Positions 49,951 to 61,857 of a DNA stretch of 64,000 nucleotides are shown in pieces. Position 1 is the stretch's first letter. Every line of letters starts with the position of its first letter. The notes under the pieces were generated by a model. It searched no databases and was not told the DNA's origin. It saw only the letters and a list, made by a program, of their open reading frames with translations. Source of the stretch: Phoronis australis (taxonomy: Eukaryota; Animalia; Phoronida); contig NMRA01000469.1 of assembly GCA_002633005.1 (NCBI GenBank), forward strand, positions 235,573-299,572, given 5' to 3'. The translations under genes were made by a program, and so were the position numbers.

Positions 49951-50217
49951 CCACGAGACGCCATTGAAAATCCCACCACGCTGTCCCGCTGTCCCAGATG
50001 CCCCGGCAATGTTGACAATTTACGTTCCTCCGAAACATAAAGAGCAACTTCCGCTTTTCGAGGTGAACGTCGTTTGCAACGACGAGGTAAGAAAGGAATT
50101 TGCCGCGGAAATTTTATATCAAATCCGATTTTTTTACGCGGAAATATTATAAAAAAAGCGGAAAACACATTTGAAAAAAGCGGAAATCCGCGTTTCCGCG
50201 GAAAATTCCAAACCCTG
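49951..50217. mobile_element. Second copy (right half) of the 3297-3802 hAT-like MITE; left part in gap
   Basis: Near-identical to 3545-3802; ends aaattccaaaccctg. Confidence 0.85.
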
Positions 50218-50860
50218 ATCATTATTAGATTTTGCACTTTCTATTATTTCCATCTTCCGTTACTAGATTTTACGCAAATTTGTAATCAATCTCATTATTC
50301 CAGTCTATACTATTTTTAATTTTCCACAAATTTTCTTGTCTATACCATTATTCCCTAGAATTTGCTGTTTTGCATTATTATTCCATCCAATATCATTATT
50401 AGACTTTACCTAAATTTGTAATCAATATTATTATTCCAGTCTATACTATGTTTAAATTTCCACCGTCTATACCATTATTCCATTCTATTTAACTTTTCCG
50501 ACAATTTCCGGTCTATACTATTATTCTATTTTTCTATTGGCAAAAATGTTGGGTCCATACCATTATTAGAGTCTCTACTATTACTAAAAATCATGAAATT
50601 TTCCAGTCTATAGGCCTACTATTATTGCTGTCACTAAAAGTACTCAGAACTCCAGAGGAGCCTGGTCCTTGTGTTTGGACTCATCTATTCAGGTAGGCCA
50701 ACGCCTACCTGCACATCTATAAAAGATTTTGCGTATGAATAAAGCATCAGTAGTTGTGTCACAAGAGCCTCGTGTTATGGTTTGCAGGTCAGTTGAGGTT
50801 TTGTTGTTGTGCGAGCTAGTCTATTCGCCGCCGCGTGTGCGACTTAGGTCCGCCACACCC

Positions 50861-50985
50861 TCGTTCAGTTCCCAAAATCGGTAACTGGCCATTTTTACAC
50901 TGCTCACGCCAGGGGATATGACGTCATACCACCTACCACGCACAGGGTTAAAAATGGCCAGTTTCCGATTTGGGGAACTGAATGA
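50861..50985. repeat. Hairpin with ~35-bp arms around a CRE-containing palindrome
   Basis: ttcagttcccaaaatcggtaactggccattttt / aaaaatggccagtttccgatttggggaactgaa; tatgacgtcata at 50917-50928. Confidence 0.8.
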
Positions 50986-53900
50986 AGGACTGCTCGAACA
51001 AAAAGTTTGATAACGGGCGGGAGTATTTGTTCGAGATGGAAGGAATTAAAGACACCGATGGCCTCCTAAGGTGTCCCCCTATGCGCAAAAGGTATTTATA
51101 ACAATGTGGCTTTGATGTTTTAGTTGGTGTGAGGCATAATTCGCCAAAAAGCTTCCGGAGTATGAAGCTCCTATAAGAGCAACACCAGCTCTACTGAACC
51201 AGCTGGAGACAGTGATCACTGTTTAGTGCTACTAATAGTGGTGATACAACGGTACCAACGTCAACGAGGCAATCACTGAATAACTTGCCAAAACTCAGCT
51301 CAAACAGTTTAAATGTTGGTTTACCGACTGCTGCTAGAGTGAATAACGTGAACAAGCCTTGAACTTTACGTTTCCAAACCATTTCGCAATCGATGCTGTA
51401 TCATTGGCCGTGTCGTCACTGTCGTGTGGCCGTGGGTACGTTGCAGAACAAGGACAGGTCGACAGGTGTAAATTTATGCTAATGAGTTATGATATCGATT
51501 ATAGCAATACGAAATACTCTCAAGCAAGGTATGCACGATGCACGGTAGCCGGTAGGCGGGTAGGCCTATATTATTATACTTTTAGACCATTGTTTACAAT
51601 CCGATTCCATTAACGTACATACTTGATATTAATATTTTCTGTTCTGAATCCTCTCGACAGTGTGATTATGGTGATTCCAAAAATGTATCACTCTTACCGA
51701 TTAGGCTCTTCTTATTCATACACATTCACTGTTTTTACGAAGTGTTCAATCTGCGGCCATAGCAAAACTGCGACACCTCTTGGCAGGAATGATAACTACA
51801 ACGATCACGCGTGTGTAAGACCCCAAAATCAAAATTGGCTAGTGCCGTGGCATGTTAGGGAAACTCTGAGTAAAAAACAGTAATAATCATTTATAAAGGA
51901 TTGCCTCTTCAAAACTTCTTTACAAAAACAAGAGAGTGTGTGTTCTCGGTTCCAAGTATTCCAAGTTCACGCATAGCAGCAAGACGAAAGAGATGATTAG
52001 CTTAGTTGACAAAGATAGTATTTGTCATTGAGCAAGACCGTCTCGTACGCGAGCCCAGTCACCAGGTGGAGAGACCGTCTCGTTAAAAGACGTTCTCTGG
52101 TGGAGGGATAGCTCAGTCAGTCAGAGACCGGTATCGTTTATTTTGGAGTCAGTTTCAGTTGGCTTCGCCAGCTGCGTGCCTGACCAACTAGGTTTCCTTG
52201 GTACAGGCAGTTCAGTTTATGCATTTTGGCGAAAGACCGTGCAATGAAACCACCAGGCAACCAAACGACCGTTTTTGTGCTTCTCTTTTGTATAAATTCA
52301 GAAATTGCATTGCAAGGGACTGAGTTTCTTCAGGTTTCCAAACGATCTAGGCGAGAAATGTAAATTTATGCAGATGACGCGTGCGTTTTTTACAGTTAAA
52401 TAACAGTGTGTTCCTATACATAATTTACGTTTTCTGCATTTTCACTCGGGCAACTAAAATGTTAGTATGGTGAAACTAATAACACAAATTTTAGTCAAAA
52501 TTTCAGGCGTTGTTATAACTGTATGTCATATTACGTTTTGTCGACGTGGTATTGATTATTGTTTTTGGTTTGTTTACAAATTTAAATGTCCGATTAAACT
52601 AACGTACTCTTTCGCAAATAACAATTCTAGCTAGTATGGTCATACTCTTGATATTTTGCCATTAATTTTTATCTCTCGCTTTGAGGAAACGATGTCTCGG
52701 AGCACGATAAAATTTGGGCAAATCCATAGTGTATGCGTTGTTGCTATCCCTCGGTCGCGGCAAGGGCGAACATAACAAAATTCAGATACACCTGTGCCTG
52801 CACTCCGAGGAGGTTCGGCACATTTCATGCGCGCTTCCGGGGGGGNGAGCCCCCCCCCCCATATTGAAGGCTAAGTGCGCGCATGCATTTTGCCCAAAAG
52901 CCGCAAAGCAAATAAGACATATCGATTTTGTATTGAATCTACAGAAGTACTTATGTCTATGGTTGAATCTTTGTCACTAAAGCACGTGACAAAAAATTCC
53001 ACAGTGGCATCATACCAGAATAGGCATCAGCATAAATGTATACATTAGGTTAGGCCCTTACTTAGAGGCCATCAATGTAAAGAATCTCCATATTTTCTAC
53101 ATACGTTACGTTTTCTATCTCATTTTACAGGACACACCATAACTCCATCAGTCCAAATATCAATTCCCGAAATATTAGGGTTACCAGTGAGGTTTCGCAC
53201 AGCGACGTGAACGCGAATTTATTACCCATCAATACCGCATCATGCATGCCATTGTTGGCTGTGACGTAATCCCGATAGTGTTTGAGTATTTTACACAAAT
53301 ACAGGGAGATTCGCGTCGCTTTAAACCCGAAACCTGTGGCCCCTTTTTAATTCTTATTTGGTAAGACATCGAAAAGACTTTTATTTTGATAGGGTTCTCA
53401 TTCTTTCTTCTTTGCTTCAGTATGAAATGAACACAATTCTTTTGTCTATGAATGTTCTTAAAGTTTAGTTGCAAGAAAGCACTTTTTCCAAAATCCTTAT
53501 TCTGCTGAGGTTCGCTGGATATCATCGAACTAGAATGGATTTTGAACAGATATGATTTTGTGTTGTTAAATTTTTATATACTTAATTTACATGCATTTAT
53601 TTATGATAAACTCCAAATAAATTTCGCATTCTAAGAGTTGACCATTTTTCGCAGGAGTTCGTAGAAACGACTATTTCACATTCAACAAATACTTCTATCT
53701 AGCGGATGTGTACTACGACAACTGGACACCCTGAGCTCAGTTATTCAGTTCACGTTTACTTTCACGCTCGTGTAAAAATTTGGCTGTTGCGAAACCCATT
53801 TTTGTTACTGTATGCTGTAATGTGAATCGGCATGCGCAATGACGTATGCGTCATAATTCAGGTCCAAGTTTGCTTTGCGAAACCTCTCCATTAGTGAACT

Positions 53901-56477
53901 TGTAAAAAGCAAACAGTCGCTGCTTTTGTTTACCTCTCTTTAACACTGTTGACCTTGTGCACGCACTCGGATTCAAAACCAGGTTGTAGAGGACTGGCAA
54001 GTATCACAATTTTAAATATAGTATACAACAGTGACAGATCTACGGGGGCGGGGGGTTCAGGGGGCTTAAGCCCCCCTTGGGACAGGATAAGAAAAATAAA
54101 AATTAAAAAAACGATGCCAGCAAAATCGGAAAACGGCACCGCCAGCTTGGGTAAACTCCAAGTAAACCACCTCGAAAAAAATGAGGGATTCAGCCTGAAA
54201 ATATAATTTCTTGGCATTCTTATTTGCTGTAACGACGAAAAGAGACCCATTTCAAGTTTTCGTGGCTCATCGGCAAGTCGCGCGGAGTTCTATTGTGCGC
54301 GCACTTCCGTCGACATTTCTGAAGTAGCCAAGCAATTTAAAATGGATCTACCGCGGAAAAAGCAGATATATAGCTGGTTTTTAAAGGTATCTAACATCTG
54401 TAGTCTACGGCGCATCATAGGGGCTGGGGTGGCTATAGCCCCCACTTTTTTCATGCTGCGCCGCCCATGGTCTAAGATATGTTTTGATTTTATTGGGGAA
54501 AATACCGTGGTACCGCAACCCGGATATTCAACGTCTTTACCTGATAAGTCATGCCTTGTCATGCTATTACACTCCACACGTTTGTAACTTGAATTTGACT
54601 GGTGTATAATAAAGTTGTCTTGCGCAATAATCATACAGTGTACATGTAATGTGTTTATTTTAAAAGCGATCAACTCGTAAGGGCTGTTGTGGCAGGCGCT
54701 GTGGTCTGGTCGCGAGTCCATTTCAGAATACACCCTAGGAAGTTGGGCCCGATACAAGGAATGAACCCGGGGGGCACTCACTCACATTGGCAACTACAAG
54801 TGACCCCGCGCATCGGCGAACAGTGTACAGTGCCACAAATTGCGGGTAAGCTGTATTTTCTTAGAAAAGCCTTGCGGAACCCGCACGGTGTTCAATAGGC
54901 TTCCTAAGAAGCCCTGTTTCCGACATCAGCACTGACTATGTTCATTCCCGCAATAAGCACCACTGCCGCCTTCTATACTGGAATCTCAGCATCCGGGTCC
55001 GAAATAAGCATTTTAATATATAGGCCTAGATATTTCTCTCGATGATTAAAAAAGTATAAACAGTGCTATCGACTCGACTTATTTTACTCGGGGAGTTCCA
55101 TCAGCTGTTACCTACTTTTCATTCGGCGGAATTTAGCAGACGGCAGAATAAAAATATCGGCGAATCTTCACTGATTTTGTTCGAAATATCCTGAAATCTA
55201 TGCCATTGTACAGATAATTCGACTTTAAGGTACATACCCAGCTTTACATGAACCTATCGCATCAGTGGCCTTGTCATTTTTCAAGTGAAGGTGAACCCCG
55301 TGTGAGGTGCTTCGGATTCTTGCTGGCTCCGAAATACTTTTCCTGGAACACTTATTTTTTCATCGTCGCCTTTACAAATTCCCAAATCATGAACGTACGC
55401 TTCTCAGCTGAAAATTTGTCGCCTGTTGTCTTTGTCGAAGTGTTTTCGGCAAGTGCAAAAAACACTCATCGATTCAACCAGGAACATCGTTTAGCGATGA
55501 TGTATTTGCCTCTGACATCTTGCTAGTTTGTCGGGTGTCACGTGACTTTTCAGTTAATAGTCGGATATAACGTGCCCGTTTTTTGAGATCCGAGTTTGAT
55601 GCCGGTTATTCAGTGGAGAAAACAGGTTATCAAAATTCAGGCACGTTATGTCCGACCATTACACTGCCAGTTGGCTATTTTGTTCAGTAACATTTGCGTT
55701 GTAAAAAGTAAACATGACCATGATTGTAGCATTACATCATAATATAGAAGCAACTAGATACGATAGAGCAGGTACTAAATGTCAACTTGGGAGATAACAT
55801 ATGGTCATACGGTCTAGAAACGATTACAGTTTACTGTTGCAATATATGCCTAACAACTTTAAATTAAAGGTTTATTCATACCCCATGATACAATTTAAGG
55901 CTGAACGCCCAAAGATTTTTATTTCTAATTAGCATAAAATTACTCGATTCCTATGTCGCTGTGAGATGAGAGTAGCCTTTAGGACTATTCTACAAACTTA
56001 ATCTGAGATCCTATTTTTTGTCTTTGTCTGAACGGTTTGGACACTCGGGTCTCGGCGCGGGAATCCCTCGTTCAAGTTTCGATGTGGGGAAAACTTTCCC
56101 ACAGTCTCCCTTTATCGTCTTATAAGTGCTCCGGCGTATCACCTCAGGTGTATTTTTTTGCTCGCGAGTATTGCCTAGAGTGGGTATTTTGCCCTAAGAA
56201 GCGTGTACGTGAAGTAGATACAAAGTAGTGAGAGTCCGAGTGATGGCTTATAGGCCACTATCGTTATTACGTCCGAAAAACAAATGAGATTGACTTTTTG
56301 CCGATCTAATATCCGTTGCGTTTTTGTAATTTTATTACAAAACGTCAATTATCGCCGTGGTGTACCAGGCATTCGTTGAAATCAAGTCCTGTCACGGCAA
56401 TTTTTCCTGTTCAATCCTCAAAATACCCTCCGACCCACAGGCGTCCTCAGCTTCTGATCGTCCCCAACTACACTATG

Positions 56478-57018
56478 CATAATACTTCAAGGTATGCCAC
56501 TCCGGACTAAAAATTCCACGGGTGCATCAGTTTGGCCGTTCGTAACAAACATAAAACTCAATAAAGTTACACAAAACAGGTTCAACAAACCATGATGAGG
56601 AACTGTTCTTTCTCCCAATACCATTTACGGTGTCCTGCTCCACCGTGCGAGTTCTCAAGAAATTCGCGGTCAAAGCACAAAAATCTTCCCAAAAAGCTCG
56701 TCCGGAGCAACTCCTTGGTCTCACGCGCAACTAGGGTACGGAATTATCCGATGAATTACGGATGAACGGCAATGGCCGAGTTATATCGATGCCGTGACTC
56801 ACCTTTCCATGATGAATCGGCAATTGTTTTGACTGCGAATTTCTTGCGAACTCGGTGGAACAGGACACCGTGAATGGTATTATAAGAAAGAACATTTATT
56901 CATGGTTTGTTGAACCCCTGTTTTGTGTAAATTTATTGAGTTATGTGTTTGATATGGACGGCTGAGTCGAAGCACCCGTGGAATTTCTAGTCCCGAGTGT
57001 CTTACCTTGTAGTATTAT
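56478..57018. mobile_element. Foldback-type element with ~200-bp imperfect inverted arms
   Basis: 56478-56680 aligns in reverse with 56825-57018 (e.g. aattccacgggtgc / gcacccgtggaatt; ttacacaaaacagg / cctgttttgtgtaa). Confidence 0.85.
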
Positions 57019-57079
57019 ATGTACCGGTATGATGTAACTTCGGCACTGAGTCATTGATTAGCGGCTTTACAACACCGTG

Positions 57080-57572
57080 AAAAAATGGCGGACAGTGAAC
57101 GATTTTGAGCCTTGTCATGCAAGTGGCGTCGCAGCAACTATTTCGTTTCTGCAGTGATGTTTAATAGCCGCGTGCTTGAAGCACGTACATGCCGTGTACA
57201 ATATACACGATCTGGCCGATTTAACCGGTGTGTTATTCAAACTGTATGAATACAGGACACTATCGTAAACAAAAAACATCGACAGTATAGACAGATGCAT
57301 TCCGAAAAGGCGCAATCACAATTTCTAGGCTTCACATTTCCTGAACTTTATAAATTTTGAGCGGCCGATTTGTCTGTACAGCAGATCACATTCACACTTC
57401 AGTCCACCAGTCGATCATGCCAGTTTGTTTTCGTAAAGCGCTGCCTGTTGAGAATTCGACAAGCCAATCAGAAATGCCGGTGTAAAAAAAATTCCCGAGG
57501 AAAATTAAGAGATACCTGCGTGCTGACTGGACGCGGCTACCGCCCACCTAGCGGCACGCTGGGAACCAGAGA
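57080..57572. mobile_element. Inverted, CpG-richer copy of the 12016-12610 element
   Basis: Reverse alignment over ~450 bp; ends gctgggaaccagagag. Confidence 0.75.
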
Positions 57573-60500
57573 GGGGCCTAGCTCATTGGTGCCGCCTCTA
57601 TTGGAAGACACTGACACTACACAGTCAGTGCAACACCGTGTGCATGCGCTTTCACCAGTGGTTTTTGTAATGCAGATATGTAATGATAGGAATTTTAATT
57701 GAATCACCAAAGCCACTTGGGTCATGAATTTTGTGAACTTGCGAATCCCGACAATTCGTTTCAGTCCCAGTGCATTTTTAGTGATGAACTTCATGTAATC
57801 AAATGCGCTCTATGTTCCAAAACGTCTATTAAAATATTTTAGTAAAGAAGAATGCCGCTATTCTGGATATATAAGATCTCCGTTTCAGAGAAAATGATTT
57901 ATGCTCAGTCCCCTGAGCAAGATTAAGCAAGACTTTGAGATTTCCTCCACGTATAAAAAGCGAAGCATGCGATCGTGTTAGCTTTCTTCGCTGATTGTTG
58001 CTTCTACTCAAATCTATTCTGATGTTTGATGGCCTCGCGCCGGCTGTAGGACATAAACGCATTACGTTTTGACTTCTTGATGATTTTATCTATTCTGAGA
58101 ATTGTGCCTTATTTGGGCCCACCTACACGTTTAATAACTCCTCCTACTCGTACCACGTGATTACTACACGTGGCTGCATGACTGTTTTATTATATTGTAG
58201 TTTCTGTGCAAATAAAATCATCAAGAAGTTATTCTTGACACGTTTGTTCAGTTGGGTAACAATACCAGAAAGATGTATAAAAGACAGAAAAAAAGATTCT
58301 GATATCAAAGTATGGAAAAATTTTAATGTGACTGTTCATAGTGTCTAAATTATTTTCTAACTACACTGTCACATTGCTCCACCAAATTTCATTTCATAAG
58401 TTTATCTTAATATTTTATGTGACCATCAAGTGTGCTCACCGCTGAATATAAACTCGTCGCTGTAACACATGTACCTCTTCAACATATCTTGAATAGCCCT
58501 ATCATGATAACAGCTACACTTATCCTTTCTGCTGAGATCTAGTACTCAACCATAACCGCAACCTAAGTAGGAAAAATTACTGACATTGGGACACTTTCCG
58601 CAAAACAAGTGCACAGCGCAGACGAAACGAAGAAATTACTCATGCTCACCGCCTTGGACTAAACCGGGTTTCGCACATCCTAACAGGCGTCGCATCCTCG
58701 GGTCGCATGATGACAAAAAATGACACAACACTCGAAAACTGCAGTTGTCAGCATTGACATTACACTTCTGTGGTGTAAGAGTAGGAGGGGCAATGACGCC
58801 GCGATAAGGGCTTGCACTGTATGGTGCAACATCTTATGAATCTCGGTGAATCCCCACAATGAATATAAATAATTGCACTTGACCCAGGATTGCGCAAAAT
58901 TACTAAATGTTTTTCATTCTGTTGGGTAACATTGAGTTACTTCCAGGCAAACAACCGTGTGGATTGTGCTGATGTTGATTTGTTCATTTGAATCAGAAAT
59001 AGTCAGTCATATTTTGTCTTGTGCTTTCTAGTTCTTCATTTTACTCGTTAAGAAATATAAATTTAGAAAAGTCTAACAGCGTCGATGTTAGACGCAAACA
59101 GATTATTTTAAAGACAAGAAGCTTATGGTTATGTGGACCCTAAGGAAGGTCCAAATTTGGCAAACTTCAGAACATTTCTGAAATGGGACCGATTGGAGAT
59201 TCATATGAAAGTTTCAGATAATAACTGTATACCTTGTTCTCCAAAACGCTGTTTAGGGATTGCTTTTGAAAAGCTCCACTTTTGCATGAGGAGCTATCAC
59301 ATATAGGACGCTTTTGATCTTTGTGGAAAAATTATATGTTGCATAAAACGAAACGGAAATGAGATAATTAATTACAAAATCGTATAATTTTTTCAAATTT
59401 TATTTTAAAAATTTATATCAAATGAATTTTGGTCATGTTGTTGATAATATTGTTTTGCTCTGAATGTATCTTAATTTCTTTTTTGTTTTTAAAAAGTTGT
59501 CTTAAAATACACGGTCACGTGACCACATGACTGACATAACATAAGTCAAAATTTCTGCAGGCTTACTACTTTCAGACTGAGTTAAAATCTTTAGTTATGT
59601 TGGTGTTTGGCTAAATACAGACTTGTAGATAGGGTCCTACATAACCTCGATGAAACTGTGGTTTATGAAAAAACACCGAGACTTATTTTAACATACGGGG
59701 CCAGTACTTTGTCGTTATCACATACTATTCAGATGCCACTGAAACATAGTCCTTGTTATGCGTTTACTTACTTCTGGGCCACGGGGCTGGGGTCTAATCT
59801 CAATACGCGACTGGGTTCACCCCGATGCGGCACTATCGATCTTCGAGAAAATTTGCCAGTCATGTGGCATGATTGGTTGAATTTAGAGCCCCAGTTACTC
59901 TCTGAGTCAAATCCGATTTCGTAAATTATATCGCGGACCTTGGATCATGAAAGGAGAACTCAACATAAATGTGAAATGACCCATGGAACTATTTCTGTCA
60001 AACTATTTAACTACATATAGAACAGGTAATTGTTGTAAAGTGTCGATCGAACTTTTTCCTGCAGTTGATGAACTAGCGCATGTTTTCAAAGATAGCCAAA
60101 ACATCTAACAGTCCATAAGAAAGGACAGCCAAAAATCAAACATGTTTTTGTGCCGTGTGTAACCATCGTTAGCGGATCATTTATGGAACACAACACGATA
60201 TTCGGGATGTCCAGATAATAAAATCTGTATGTCGGTCTTTGGTCTAGAACTAGGGTCGACTGAGTTCTTCAGCAATTTGTTTTCGGGTAACTGCTTCACG
60301 TGGCGGCTGCTGTGGAAGGTCACTCGTTTGTAGTGCATGCCATTGACTAGATGCAGGTCTAGCTGTCTGCCCCAGTTTGCTGAGACATGTTGAGTGAACA
60401 AATCAAAATTCAAATACCATTACATAAGACTCCACTGCAAGACCCTTGAATCAGATCATGGACAGGAGGAGAGACCGTCCGATCTTGCGAAGCTGTCCGA

Positions 60501-61329
60501 GGGCTTCGCCCTCATCAATTCATTTTTCCGAATTCGATCGCTCGATTTATAAGGTGCGCCCGACAACGCCAGTAATTTCAATTCCAGTCAAAATTTCAAA
60601 TCGGGCAATTACACCTCATCACATACTCGGATGGAAATATGAACTTAAGTCGGGGAATGGCTTGACGAAATTATTTATATGGTTGTATTTTACCGAGTTA
60701 CTTAACTTGCTTACACCGCTGGAAATAGGAACACCTTACAATTTCGAAGGTTCACTGCTCCGAATATCTAAAATTTCGGTCTTTATGCTTTTACATGCAA
60801 AAATAAACAATACTTCGGTTATTAGATGCACTCGTGGTGTACCTATACCGGAAAACAACGCCCGGGTATTAAAAACACTTTGGATTTCATGCACATGCGA
60901 AATTGCCAGCATATCTTACGAATACTGAAAAATGAGTACGTACTTGCATTTTTAAAAGAAAATGAAGTAGGAATATTTATGAATTATCAACCACGACACA
61001 TTCATCAAATCCATGTCAAGATCGCATCGCAGCATGACTGAAAAGTTAAGGGCCCCAGCACCTAAACCTCACCCAAAGAACCACGCGCACGGCAGTGTCG
61101 AATGTAGTCAGTAGCCCACCCTGTCCCTGCCAGTCTTCACGAAGTCAGAGTGTCCTACTCAGTGTTCTTAAATTTAAAACCGGTTGGTCGCGGCAGCCCT
61201 GTCCCGTGCCCCAGAAGTTGTCGCGGTCCCTGCAGTTGAGAATGAGTCGTGCCTGAGCAAACAATCTGAGTACTGAACTGTCGGAGTTCTGGTTGTGGAA
61301 TTGTGGAAAGTTGAAGTAACGAATGAGGG

Positions 61330-61410
61330 TTGCGGACCTTCGAAGTAGTGAACCTTCGGAGTAGTGGGCCTTCCGGAGTAATGGACCTTTGGCATAGTGA
61401 CATGTAACCT
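61330..61410. repeat. 16-bp subterminal-type repeats (accttcggagtagtgg) of a probable MITE end
   Basis: Four degenerate units ending tagtgacatgtaacc. Confidence 0.5.
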
Positions 61411-61806
61411 TGCAAATCCATCAAATTTGTTGCTCGAAGGAAGTCTGCAGGTCTGTGCAACATTGACACCGATTGACAAGAGAAAACTTCATTGACCATA
61501 ATTGAGGTCTAGGCCTACTTTCCCGAATAAAGTGAACATGCTCGTCAGTTTTTTCAGTGCAAGAAAACACGATAGGCGTAGTTAAATGTCTGGTTTTTGA
61601 GCACGATGGAGGACAGCTTGTAGCGAACTTACCGTCAGCGTATAGGGCCTACTGAATTTAAATGACGGAAACGCACACACGTGTACATGTATGCATGTCG
61701 ATCCATCAATCCACATGATCAAAGTGGACATGGACGAACAACATATTTACATATTTGACGATCACTTTCAATTCGAAAGTTGAAAATTCCTGCACTTTAC
61801 CGCTCT

Positions 61807-61857
61807 ATGCTAGCAATTATACCGAAATATCCGATATTTCGGTATAATTGCTAGCAT
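61807..61857. repeat. Perfect palindrome, 25-bp arms with 1-nt centre
   Basis: atgctagcaattataccgaaatatc-c-gatatttcggtataattgctagcat. Confidence 0.97.

Noticed and set aside
52100-52180. gggatagctcagt, resembling a tRNA 5' end
   Set aside because: No B-box/T-arm or acceptor-stem complement follows.
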